Of a stretch of DNA of 64,000 bases, positions 13,516-26,579 are shown piece by piece. Source of the DNA: Harriotta raleighana (taxonomy: Eukaryota); the NCBI GenBank assembly GCA_050575255.1, contig JBNZDD010013638.1:175530-239529 (forward strand), written 5' to 3'. The notes under the pieces are model-generated. The model was not told where the DNA came from. It did no database searches and saw nothing but the letters and a program-made list of their open reading frames with translations. Each line of letters starts with the position of its first letter. Position 1 is the stretch's first letter. The translations under genes and the position numbers were made by a program.

Positions 13516-13626
13516 CATTTTTATAGATCATCACATCCGCTGTTATCAAAAGTTTCTTCTTGAAAGACATTTTCACACTTTCTCCTTTACTTGCGGTCAC
13601 CGTGATGGCTGTTGGAAAGAAGTGTG
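13516..13626 (-). CDS. TEK: TEK exon 3 (Ig2, N-terminal part)
   Basis: ttttgcAG...GTaatc, 111 bp. Encodes AHFFPTAITVTASKGESVKMSFKKKLLITADVMIYKNG; human is [38 protein letters not shown]. Confidence 0.95.
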
Positions 13627-14241
13627 CTGCAAAATAAAAAAAAATATTGATTTCACTTGATGAAAATAAGTTCCTTATTCTATTGTTTGTGGGTCACTGC
13701 TGTGCGCAATTGGCTACTGTGTTTCACCCACATATATACAGTCAGTTCACTTTACAGTATATATTCTGTGACGCGCTTTGAGACATTGATAAGATGTGAA
13801 AAGCCCTATGTCAAATGCAAGGATTATTATTATTATTACTACTATTTATCAGATACAGAGAATGAGATTGGAATAAGAGTAGGTAAATAACTTCCCTCAT
13901 CAATATCTCTGACACTTTTTCTGCATATTACATGTTGACCCACATTATAACACTCCGCAGTTTAGTATGAGGCAGTTTATAGAGCGGGTATACTGTGGAT
14001 TCGAAAGAAATCGGAAGCGAGGAACACTTCAGGCTAGGAGGAAAAACTGGAAAAGCTCGGGATTTTTCAGCTTGAAAGGAGTTATCTTAGAGGGGGGCCT
14101 TCAAAAGATATTTAGTGGGTTAGACTGATGTAACAATGCCTCCAAAATAACTAAATAAATATAATATTTGGTCACTCAATCCACGACTGTTTGTGGGATA
14201 CTATTGTGTGTAATTGGCTGCCACATTTTTATACAAAATAT

Positions 14242-14860
14242 AACAACAACTTGCATTTGTATAGTTCCCTGCCGACCAAGTGAGGGACATTTCAGAGAGC
14301 TTCACATTGGCAGAGTCCAAGGCCGAGCCAGAGGGAGGGGGAAGGTGCCTGTAAGCACAGTCGAAGAGAAAGGTCTCCAGGCACGACATGAAGATGGGAA
14401 ATGAGGGAGGCGAAGCAAAGGGGTGGAGGGAGGGAATTTCAAAGCTTTGGGACGTAGTAGCTGAAAGCATGGCCACCGATGGTGGAGTGGAGGATTCGGG
14501 CGACAAAGTGGGAGACTGGGCCCAGTAGAGCGGATACTGCTGTGAGGAGAGAGGAGGGTAGAAAGGTAGGGCAGTGTCAAGGAATGGAGGGATTTGAACA
14601 CAAGAATGAAAATTTTGAAGTCGATACGTTCTGGGACAGAAAGCCAGTGGAGTTAAGCAAGGACTATGGTAATCGCGGTTTAAAGTTAGGTGCGGGTGAG
14701 AATGTGGGCGGCGGAGTTTTGGATGAGCTGGATCTTGTGAATGTTGGAGGAGGCAAGATGGCAAGGAGGGTGTTGGAGAAGTCCAGCTGAGAGGTGACAA
14801 CAACAACAGAAACAATAAAATTACATTTCTAGAGTGTCTTTCACATCGGGAGGCGCTGAA
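14242..14860 (-). mobile_element. L2 3' fragment with a second L2 tail
   Basis: Reverse-strand IQLIQNSAA...FKSLHSLTLPYLS and (caa)n tails at about 14242 and 14797. Confidence 0.8.
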
Positions 14861-16919
14861 CAGTCAGGTTGGCATAGATCAGGATTTTGGCTGCTTTAAG
14901 GGGTAGGTTTTGAGGGAGAAGGGCAATGTAGCATAGATGGAAGAAAGGGGTGCTGCTAAGGGACCAGTTGTAGGAGGGAAGAATAACTGGGGATCGAACC
15001 TGAAAATATATAGTATTTCTGTGACGCATTTTGAGACATCTCAACAAGGTGATAGGCTCCATATCAAATGCAAGAATTATTACTATTATTTAAAAATACT
15101 TTGAGATTCACCAGCAATGAGAGCAGGAAGCTGAGGTACTGTGTAGGCACCACATGAGCAGTGTAGAATCCCCCCTGTCTCCACTGTATTCATAAATCAA
15201 ACCACAGCTGATCCGCAGCCAAAAGGAAATGCCCTCCTTACTCTTATCAACATGAGAGGCCATGTCCTCTCTGGCACTTGGGTGTAATTCTGCTCTGACG
15301 ATGCAGCTGTTGGCCCTGAAACGTCCTCACATGAGTTTGAGTTTAAATACTGACCCCTATTTGGACAGCATCAGCTTCTTAAAGTTCACATGAATTATGT
15401 TTGCATTGGTGCTGAAGCTGAAAGACAATCCTACTCTATGCCCTGTTTCCAAATGTTATTCTTTGCTGCCAGTTTTTCCCCCCTATCCCTCTTTGCTCTG
15501 AGTCTTGCCGTCATTTTGCTCTCTTGCTTGCTGTCCCCACATTTGTCTTTACCCCTATTCCACGGTCTGTGGGTGATTTGTTACCTGTTTCCACCTTTTA
15601 ACCTCGCCCTGTGTGCAATGTGTTTTTATTTGTCATCTTGCAGTCCCCTGTCCTGTATTAGCACTCTTTCTGTTCTGATTACACAAAATGACACAACACG
15701 GAAACAGGCCATTTGGGCCAACTAGCCCGCACCAGTTATTTTCCACACTAGCTTACACCCCTCCTATACTCCTCTTCTTATACCCCTCTATTCCCTTCTC
15801 TCTCTTGGCATCAAGTTTCCTCTTCAGTACATCGCTGCCTATTTTCCAAATACAGCTTGTGACAATGTGTTCTGCGACAAAGGGCTTTGCTGGAAACTCA
15901 AATCGTCCTCTTTTAGATGCTAATTGACCACGGGCAGGTTTGTAGTATTTGTGTTTTCCTTTCAGAATTCCAGGATGTAGTTTGTTTCTCTTTTTAATTC
16001 TGGCCGATTGCATTTGCTACACCATGGTACCTGCTCAGCAGCCAGCACCATTGTTGTTTCTCTGCCCTCTCATTTATACCAGCCTTCCCGATAAATACAA
16101 TGGAAAAATCAGCAACCTCCGCAGGAAAATGGCAATTTTGTTGAGCAAAGCTTTGTTGCTCTTTTTGCTTTCTGAGCCCCACCCCCACCCCCTCGCTGTC
16201 TGCCTGTGTTTCCTATTTCACTGCCACTGCAGTTTATTTCCTATGTTTCAGAAGAGATTCAGCAAAAAAAAAGGAAGCGCACTCACAGATGAATAGATTT
16301 TGAAAAGATTGGTTTTTTTGTGCACTGACACTCCCCCGACCCTGCTTGACCCCAGTGTTTCTGCTCTGTTCCTTGCTCGGTAAAAGAGGTGACACATAGC
16401 GTTTATCTATGATACATAGCAAATGGGATTTTTAAAAACAAAATAATATATATTCAGTAGTATTAAACCAATTTCGTAGTGATAACCTTTTTTATTCTCT
16501 CTTTAATGATGGAATAATGTAAATTCAGTTTTATTAAACCAATTTCGTAGTGATCATCTTTATTTCTCTTTAATGGAAATCTGGATGTTAATGCTGTGTC
16601 CTTTCATGACTTGCACCTCCTAATCTCCTCCCTCGAACCCACACACCCGACCACCAAACTGCGGGTAGGAAGGGTGCTATGGCAGATGGATTTTGTCTGT
16701 CACAGGCTGATCACAGTGAAGGTTCACAATAGAAAACGAATGGTGTTGAAGTGAAGGTGATATCTGGAATAATGGCAGATCTGCTTTTCATTCGATTAAT
16801 AAAGAACAATACCCACCTGTAATAAATCTCCAGCTCGGTGAAAATATAATGTGTTGGAAGGAAAACATGAAACATGAGGCGTTAATTAAATTTCTGTTCA
16901 TGTCCACCTAGTTAGGAAG

Positions 16920-17494
16920 TTCTGACTAACTTCTATAAAACTTTGGTTAGGCCTCAGTTAAAGTACTGTGTTCAATTCTGGTCTCCACACTTTAGGAAGG
17001 ATGTTAAGGCATTGGAAAGAGTGCAGAGGAGTTTACCAGGATGGTACAGGAATGAGGGACTTTAGCTATGAGGAAAGGCTACAGAGGCTACGTTTGGTCT
17101 CATTGGAACAGAGAAGGTTGCGAGGAGACCTATTAGAGGTTTTAAGATCATGAGGGGATTCGACAGTAAACACTAAAAAACAGTTTCCATTGGTGGGTGT
17201 TTCAGGGACTCATGATCACAGATTTAAAATAGCTTCAAAAAGAAGCGGAGGGGAGGAGAATTTTTTTCACTCTGCGAGTTGTTTGAATCTGGAATGCATT
17301 GCCTGATAAGGTGGTGGAGGCTGTTTCGATACCAACTTTTAAAAGAGAGGTAGACGATTATTTGGGGAGGATGGGTTTGTGCAGTTATGGGGAGAGAGCT
17401 GGGGAGTGGGATTAAATTGCTCTTTTTACAGAGCTGGCACAGACTCGATGGGCCGAATGGCCTCCTTTTGTGCTGTAAGATTCTATGATTCTAT
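16920..17494 (+). mobile_element. CR1 LINE 3' fragment
   Basis: [17 protein letters not shown]...SYEERLQRLRLVSLEQRRLRGDL. Ends gggccgaatggcctcc...ttctatgattctat. Confidence 0.9.
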
Positions 17495-17854
17495 CTCTCC
17501 ATTTTATTTTAAAATCATTATGAGATAAAAACAAATTTACGGGATCATGGAAATGACAGCCTATTTGAAGGTCCTTGCAGCATCTGCTGGATCTTAATCC
17601 ACCACTAAAGGTATCTACCCCAATCCCAATAACCTCCTCATTTCCTTGTAGCCTTCTACATTCTACCTCTTCCAATGATTGTCCACTTCAACTCCCTTTT
17701 AAATGTTTTACGGTCTCAGCCTCCAAGAGCTGGGTGTGACAATTTTCTGCTGAATAGTCTTGAGGCTGCTTTATATGGTAACTGAAAAAAAACAACTGGT
17801 ATATCTCAAAAGTGCTGTTGAGAATCTCCATCTTGTAAGTATGTGCGTTTTTAC

Positions 17855-18169
17855 CTTGTTCTGACATCTTAACAGTAGTTATTGTGGTGCTTGTTTCTTT
17901 AAATCGCCCATCGCAATAGAACAGTCCAATTCCATCCGACTGCTTCTCTGTCTTCCACAAAACCTTCAACGAGTAGTTTTTGATCCTATTTTGATTCAAA
18001 GGCCATCTTGATTGATTGATGAGAGCATGGACGTTGTGCCCTATTGATACCTTTGATACCTGATCTGGATCAGGGTAACTGCCAGCAACGCACAGCAGCG
18101 ATGTCTCCGAGGTTGCGAATAGAGGACTCGAGTTTATTAATGTCAAGTCAGGCAATGCCTCAGCTAAGC
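17855..18169 (-). CDS. TEK: TEK exon 2 (Ig-like domain 1)
   Basis: ctctAG...GTaaaa, 315 bp, phase 1-1. Encodes LAEALPDLTLINSSPL...ETSLLCVA...KVLWKTEKQSDGIGLFYCDG...TITTVKMSEQ, similar to Tie2 Ig1. Confidence 0.95.
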
Positions 18170-18246
18170 CTAGAGTGAAGAAAAAAACACATCAATAAGC
18201 ATACCAGCTCAAAATGTAGTGTAGACATACACATATAAACACAGTA

Positions 18247-19226
18247 CAGTTAATCCTCACTTAATGTTGTAGTTGTGTTCTTGAAAATTGCGACTTTAAG
18301 CAAAACAACGTTAAGCGAACCCATTTTTCCCACAAGAATTAATGTATAAACTGGAATTAGGTTCTTTTGGACATTTTTTGTCAACATTTTCTAAAACAAA
18401 ACCCATTATAATTTGAAATACATGTACATTTATAAATGTAAAATACAGTAAAACCCTATTTATCCTGCACCAACGGGACCTGGCCAGTGGCAGTTTAATG
18501 GTTTTCCGGATGAATTTAAAAAAAAATATATTAAAAAAAATATTTTAATATCTACCATATTAATAATAGACTAAATAATAAGAGAATATTGTATTAGTAA
18601 TTTATTATTTATATTTAACTTCGCCATGGCAGCCCTCACCCGACGGAGGTAAAAAAAACGCAACTTTTAAAAGGAGCAGGTGCGAGTTTAGACTCAACTA
18701 GCGGACAGCTAAAATACCTGCACCAGTACTCGCATGCGACAATCGATTCATTAAATCCGTCATCACTATTCTGCCAGATAATTTCCGGTTTATCGAATCG
18801 GAACTTTTTTTGAGGTTTCAGTTCAACGGGGTTTCCGGTTCATCGAGTCACGGATAAACGGGGTTTTACCGTAGTTTGGTTGTAGATTCTTTTACTACCA
18901 AACTGTTTTTTTTACTCCAGACTCACAACTGTCACTTGGTACCTGGGTGTTTTTGACTCATGTTTATGGAGGATGGCACAAATAAATCACGATAAAAAAT
19001 TACAGATATCACACCTGTGCACAAACTTAAAATGGCGACGTTAAGACTGGGATGGAGCTGTGTAAGAATACCGGATGGTAGTATACGCTACCCAAGTTTG
19101 TTTTCACCGTTGGCGAATGAAGTAATAGCAAATGTCGCAACGTTAAATGGATATATGTTCCCCTATGTATCAGCAACGTAATAACGAAACAACGTTGACC
19201 GAAGCAACGTTAAGCAAGTTTACCTT
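18247..19226. mobile_element. Tigger-like MITE carrying a nested MITE
   Basis: TA-cagttaatcctcacttaatgttg ... caacgttaagcaagtttacctt-TA. A related copy lies at 57977-58428 in the opposite orientation. Confidence 0.7.
18446..18871. mobile_element. Nested Tc1/mariner MITE (family of 6512-6816, inverted relative to it)
   Basis: TA-cagtaaaaccctatttatcc ... ggataaacggggttttaccg-TA. Confidence 0.85.
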
Positions 19227-22200
19227 TACATTATCAAGAAGGAAACTGTGCTTCCATCTGTTATCAAAGGTATCAATAGGGCACAACATCCATGCTATCT
19301 ATCATTCAGTAATAGCTATACCTTTCAAAATAGTGTGAATGGGTAGTCCTGGGAAGCTGCTAGGATTTCGAGCCTCATTTATTACTGCCTGAAAATGCTT
19401 GCGTTGGTTCAGCCCTGGCTCAGTACAGCCCTTGCTCAGCTCAATGTTGGCTCAGTTCACCATTAGCTTGGATTAGCTCTGGTTTGTTTCAGCACTGGTC
19501 TGGTTCGTTCAGCCTTGGATTATTCCTTTCTTGTTTTTTCTCGGCACTGTTTCAGATCAGAATTGATTCAGTTTCCTTCTCTCTCCTTTACACACAGGCT
19601 CTGTTTTCTAATTCAATTAAGATTGATCCTTTTTTTTTTAGGAAGTATTCACCTAGCTTTCCTCCAAATGCAAATTAATTTTTAGGCCATGCTTTCCATT
19701 TATCATTTTCTGTAGAAAAGTCTGACATTGAGCTATCCCAATGTATTAATGAGTAAAGATGGACTTGAAGTTTGGTGGTTTCAGTGTGAAGGCCTGTGAT
19801 GAATTAGCAGACCTCAGATGGAGCAAGAATTAGGCTTCGGTTAGGGATTATAAAAACAACCAGTCTTCCTATGCCTGATAACTGTCAAGAGACCCCTGTT
19901 GGAAGGTGTGTGTTGAGATCGGGTAAGGATAGCATCAGACCTGACTATGATGTTGCCTGGAGATAAATCTCCTGCCAACACTCAGTGTCAAGGCTCGCAC
20001 ATAAATAATGGCCACTTGGGCAAGTTTCTGAATGATGACAAGTGATTGTGGACAAGCAACCTCAGTGGAAAGGAAATGCAATCAATGTACCTCAGGCGAG
20101 GAGAATATTTGAGGTTTTATTGCGCACAAGAACATAGGAATGCACGTGAATAGAAAAGGCTTGAATCGTGTTTTGAGTTGGAAAAAAATTAAATATAAAT
20201 CAACCCTATTCAATTTCTCATGTCATTCAACTTATTGTGTTAACCTAATTATAAATAATAATAATCTCTGCATTTGGTATAGAGCCTTGGAAGGACTTCT
20301 CAAAGCGCTTCACGGGACTTATTGTAAAGGGTAGTGACTTTGTATTGCATCCATCTTGTCATAATGTCTCAAAGTGCGTCACAGAAGTTTTCTGGAAAAT
20401 GGGAGTAACTGTATTTTTGGCCAACACTGCAATGAATGACTACATTTTTATCTGGAGGATTGTTAGCCAGGACATCACATGCAAAGGAATGTGCCTCCAT
20501 CAGTGGAGTACCACCACCCCAACCACTGCACTGGACTGTCAAGAACAACAACAGATCCCTCCACGCCGGACGGAGTCTCAGAGAGCTTCAACCTACGTTA
20601 TTGGGGCAAGGCTCAAGTAGGGTTTAAATCTACAACCACCTGATTCTGAGGCAAGAATCCTACCAACTGAACCAGACTGACACCTACCTATTCCACGTTT
20701 ACATCCATGTTGTTGTGGTTAGATAAAATTTATGGTCCATTCTCGCAGTAGTTGAAGGCCATAAAATACATCCATTTATTTATATATATATATATGTGTG
20801 TGGTTCGGAATATATCACCATAATGCCTCAGTGTGGAGGAGGTCTAATTGCTATTACAAGTGATTGCCCACAATTGGCTCACAGTGCTCAGCATAAAAAA
20901 TGAACTTGCAGTTTACCAACACGAAAAGCATGCATTTTTGGTGACATACTTTGTGAATCCGCTTTGATAAATTTTAGTTGTTTGACTGGACACTTGGGAT
21001 TTTTATGAGAGAAAAACATAATCATTTAATTTTGGTCCAAGGACAAGGTAAATTGCACAATTTACTGCAACCAGAAACGCAGAGCTGAGGTATCGATCTT
21101 ATGAGTGTACTTACATGAAGAGTGTGCATTTTGTTGATCAGGTACCTCAAATAGATAAGCTTATTACACTAAAGTTACAAAGTACACCATTGCTTCATGT
21201 ATGTGTAAAGAAAGAATAAAATATTAGTCAAATATGTTTTCATACGACAGTGCTCCTTTAATATCCTCTGATGGTGCAAGGCTCATGTGTCTATGAGTTA
21301 CGATACTTTAAACAAGTAAAATAAATCTTGAACCCAGCATTAAGTGCACTTATATTTGATTTAAGACTTTGTGTCAATCTTTTACATTTAGGTGGAGGGC
21401 AAATTGACCTCAGGAGGTGTTGCGAGAAGTAGATCCAGATGTTTTTTTTATTTGACCAGTGTCACATTGTGGCCCCATAGTTATAACTACACACCACAAC
21501 ATACATAAATGTCATTACAACTGGTTTAGAAATTAGTTAGAAAACAAACCAAGAGTGACTGCAGTTTAGGCACGGAGAACATAATGGTGATTGTATCTTA
21601 CATATGGATCTATTTAAGCACCAAGAAAGTCATGCTCTTGACAAAGTTATGCTTTATGTCTTTAATTGGGAATAAGCTGAGTTCACCTAACTCAGAAACT
21701 GCATCCCCCACTCTGCACACATACCTCACTGTCGTGTCTCTACAATGATTAAATACTGCATTTAGCAAAAGCATAGTAAGTGCGCAAATATTCTGGAATG
21801 TTAGTGTAATATATCTTTAAATGTAAGGTGGCAGATTGGGGTACACAATTTGCCTGCCATGTTTCCGTACAAAATACAGTCACTTTGAGCGCCTTGGGAC
21901 GTCCTCCTGATGTGAAAGGCACTATACAAATGTAATTTAGTTGTTGTTATTGTTGTTGTTGAGATGTCTTCCAGACGTGAAAGGTGTTATATGAAATGCA
22001 AGGATTATTATTAATTTAGTGTGTGGGATAGTATCTATGACAAAGAGAAATTTGGCAGAGTCTCTACAAGAAGCTAGCTAGATGGGCCAAATGGACCTTT
22101 TCGATTCCATGATTTCTGTGTCACCTCAATCTAGAATCCACAATTTCTCTGCTTCTTAACAAATTTTAAATACGCCAAGTTTACCTAATTGAGCAGTTTA

Positions 22201-24913
22201 GCAATGTTGTTCAGCCCTGCTTGAAGCAAAGTTATTTTCCCCAAAATACCACAACTGTGCTCGTTAAAACTGCTAAAAGACTTTGAGGGGGATTCTGAAT
22301 TACATTAGCCAGGCAATGAACGGAAAGGTTTGCATTTATCTCTTGCTCAGATCTGGCATTAGAGGAAAACAAAGGCTACATGCTTTGAATCAGAATGAGA
22401 TTTAAAAGCAGAGAATTGGAAGTTTTTTTGTGTGACAAAGTACGCAGCTGCTTTTGATGGTATATGCATGTATTTATACACATGTTTATAGTGGAGGGGG
22501 ATGGAGGACCATTGAAATGGATCTGCTACAATATAATGAGCTGCCTCACAGAGGAGCAGGGCTTGAGAAGGCTTAGACTCATTAGGAAGGTGTTACTGAG
22601 CTGGATCATTTACTTCATGAAGACCTGCAGGAACAGGAACAGTTCATCATTAGATCTGTCAAACAGTTCCAAAGGACATCACCATTGTCTCAACTGTTAT
22701 ACAACTGGGATGTTGTCAGACATCACAGGGACCTCCCTGGAGGGGGCCAACTTGCCGTACATCACTTAACACACACACATCAGTCTTAGTGGGGATCAGA
22801 AACATCATCAGATCCACAGTACAGCTGGAGTTCTATATTAATTGAGAATAATTCACTGCTTTCAGTAACCATTACAGCATCCCCTTCACAACAGACCCAA
22901 CAGAGGGGATACCATATATTAACATGCAGATAATGAAAGGGGTGGGAATCATGCTTGCTAATCCCAGGAGAAACTCAGAATTAATATATTCTAAGGGCAT
23001 AGAAGGAAAGATGGATGACTGGCTCTTGGGTATATATGCAGGCGGTAAATTCATAGCTTATAGCCATATTGCATAACACTGACTATAAGCTGTGTATGCT
23101 ATAAACAGCCAAAAAACTATTAATTTAGACCCAGGGCGTAAGATGTCATAACACAAAGAAGGATTTCTAGCCGAGGCCCTGCAAATCCTTGTGGACAAGA
23201 TTTTACCGAGTGAAGTCAGTGCATTTTTAGTGTGGGAGGGTTTGACTCTACATTGTACTTATATACAGAGCACTGCATGATGACATAAATATCAGTCAAC
23301 TGACACCATTCTATTCATCGCTATATCTTCGAGTGCACATCACTTGAACTAAATAGGTCAAAAGGAAATGCTGAACAAATGAATTAAGGAAGTTCAAATG
23401 TTTCTGCCCAACACAATAGCACAGTATGTCCTAAAATTTTACTCTGTCAGCCTTAAAGTATTTTGTAGTATGTCACTGGTAATGATGTGAGAAATTAGGC
23501 CAGTATCCAATCAAATCCCTGACGTTCCAGGTTTGACAGCCAGACTAGTCCCTTAAAGATCTATAAAAGTGACATTAATGATGCGGAACAGTCTGTTTGA
23601 TTAACTTCTTCATGTTTCATGGAATACCTGCAACACGCCAGAGATTTGGAGCTTGATTCTTTCATCTTATGATATATTTCCCTCTGTTGGGAGCCTTCCT
23701 GTGCAGTATACACAACACTATTTAATGATTTTGAAAAGGCTATTCGGGATATAGATGACATATTTGAGTCACTTATTGCCACATTTATATTGCGAATATC
23801 AATTTGCAAGATTAATAAGGCAATGTAGCTCAATTAGAAATAATTGGATGAAACAAATTATTTTAAAGTTTTATAAGGGAGCTGACAATTAATATGTAAT
23901 ATAATAATAATACAGTAATTGCATTTGTCAACGAGTGCTCTGACCACTGAGCTATAGGACTAAATATCTGGAATGTAAACAGTTACAGATCTTTCAGTTG
24001 GATAACAGAGGTATGGAGGCACTCACTTTTGCTTTTAACACTTTGCACTGTGACAGGATAATTTGAAACATTGATTAAACAATCTCTGAATGTCTACCAT
24101 ATTATTCTTGCTTCCAAAACCCCTGGCATCGAATCCCCATTCTGGCAAATCAGATTTCTGTGTGACCTGCATTGTGCATTCTGAAGATAAACAGTGAACC
24201 TTTAAATCCTCCTATTCAATTTCCTCCATGCTTTTCTGTGGTAATGTCCATATAATCGATAATTTGCAATTTAACATACCATTTTTCCAAAGCAAACACA
24301 TATACAGTACACAATCACACACAGAAACTTCATTTTCTGCATTTGGAAGCAAATAATGCAAAGATAGGCTTTATATTTATTACCATTTTATTTACTTGGT
24401 TTATTTGCACTGCTAGTTGGTTTATTTGTTTTAATAAACATTTAAACACAGGACTTTTGACTTTGTAATTTTTGGGGTATTGATTGGATGTCTAACACCA
24501 TGCTTAAGAGCAACCAAACCAATTGGAGAGTTCTGTATGCTATTGGAAGTTTCCCTATGTCTGTAATGGAATGTGCACTCTCTCCTTGGAGGAAGAGTAT
24601 TTTGGAGAAGATTAGGCACAGGTTGTTAAAAGCCACAGCATGAAGACCTTCAAGAGTGCACATGGATAAAACTGCATAGCTTGTTGCTACTTGTCCATCT
24701 AGGACTACCCTACTCATTATGGTTTGGGTTTATAGGGTTAGCAGGAACTGAATGGGAAAAATCAGAGCCAGGATGTGTCCTAGAATACCCTGGCATCATC
24801 TGTGTTAGGAACGACCACATCCCATTAAGCAAAGATTTTTGTAAATATATTATTAGTTGAATCCAAAAGTTAGTTGTTGTAATGACAAATGAAATTACAA
24901 AGGAATTTATATT

Positions 24914-25232
24914 GGAGCTCCCATAGCTCAGTGATTAGAGTACTCGCCTTACAAGCGAGAGACCCGTGTTCGAATCCAGGCAAATCTGGGCAAAACCTTG
25001 GGCAAGTTTCCTTACTCTATATGTCTAATAAAAATCCCTCCAAAATAAACACAATAATAAAATTGGTCATTTTCAATCCATGACTGTTTGTGGGTCTCTG
25101 CTGTGTGTAATTGGCTGCCGCGTTTCATCCACAAATATACAGTCAATTCACTTTACAGTATGTTCTGTGAAAATGCTTTGAGACGTCGATAAGATGTGAA
25201 AAGCGCTATATCAAAATGCAAGGATTGTTATT
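24914..25232 (+). mobile_element. Full-length tRNA-derived Deu-type SINE
   Basis: tRNA-like head with A box tagctcagtgattagag and B box gttcgaatcc. Core ctgctgtgtgtaattggctgccgcgttt. L2-like tail ending (tta)n. Confidence 0.85.
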
Positions 25233-25676
25233 ATATTGTATGAAATATAAAATAGCAGTATCTGTAATATGAGAGACTGACACTACAGAAAACAAGTTAC
25301 CGTAACAACAAATAATGCTGAACTATCACAGATAGCAACTCTGAGACAAGAGATTTACCTACAAAGTATTCAAATAATGCAAATTAGGCTTTATATTTAA
25401 TTTACTTGGTTTATTTGTTAGTCTGTGGCTATTTTAAGGGGTAGATACTGCTTGGGATTAGTGTGGTACACAAAGTGCACTCAGATATTGCAGCCCAGCA
25501 CCATTTTAAAACATTGATTTGAAGGTGAGGAGCAAGCAGAGAGAGAACAGACCTGTATCTGGTTGTGGGATTTACGTGAAGTCCTATCATTCCTGTAGCT
25601 GTATTGTGAGCATGTTTCACACCGATCCCTACTTGACTGTTCAGCGCCTTGGGACGTCCTTCCGATGTAAATGTAA

Positions 25677-25708
<32 letters not shown>

Positions 25709-26049
25709 CAATGGAATGTCATTGACATTTGCATGCCGAGGATTTATTTGGTGACTATAAACATTAATGTGTGAGAGGAGAAATCTAGAATAGTTGTAAA
25801 CCACCACTTCAGGTCAATCACACTTACTGGGCAAAAGTCTTTGTGTTCCCAAGATCACAAGATAGGTCTGGATGAAAAAGGCCATTCAGCCTATTTGATC
25901 TCATCCTTTCAGAATACCCAAGCTGTCATCCTCCCATCACAGCATCAACCTGTTCCTCTGAACAAGTTCAGCATCCTGGTTGCAACCACTCTTTCTGGTG
26001 AACGTTTCCAGTGGTTCATTAACCTCGGGATAAATAATTACTTTCTAGT

Positions 26050-26282
26050 ATCTGAAACAAAATTAGAAGTCTCTGGGAACACTCAGCTGGTCAGGCAGCA
26101 TCTATAGAGAAAGGAAATTGAGTCAACTTTTCGGATCCACTGGAATCCATTTTGGGTCAATCAGAATCTGACGAAGGGTGGTGGATCCGAAACATTAACT
26201 CACTTTTTTATTCTCCATAGATGCTGCCTGACCTGCTGAGTGGTCACAGCGACTTCTGTTTTTGTTTCAGATTTCCAGCATC
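26050..26282. mobile_element. Penelope-like inverted pseudo-LTR remnant
   Basis: Arms of about 90 bp (26050-26140 and 26181-26271) are inverted copies of the agatgctgcctgacctgctgag repeat. Confidence 0.65.
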
Positions 26283-26579
26283 TTTCGCCCATAAATATAC
26301 AGTCAATTCACTTTACAGTATATTCTGTGAAGCGCTTTGAGACTTTAATAAGATGTGAAAAGCGCTATATCAAATGCAAGGACTTTTGTAATTTTTATCT
26401 GCAAAATACAATTCTCATTTGCAATCCAAAACCTGTGTCCTCTTCTGCTGTTGTCTTAGCAAGTCTGATAATGTTTTTCTGGCTTTACTTTTCAATCCAA
26501 TTAAAAATCACAGTTCTCCATAAGATCCCTACTGACATGACTTCTCTCAAGACTGAAGAACCCAGCCTGTCTAATGATT

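Noticed and set aside
24914-24985. tRNA-like sequences (also at about 31000, 36780, 46495, 54308 and 54590)
   Set aside because: They are SINE heads: imperfect cloverleaf, continuing directly into the SINE core and tail. They are not tRNA genes.
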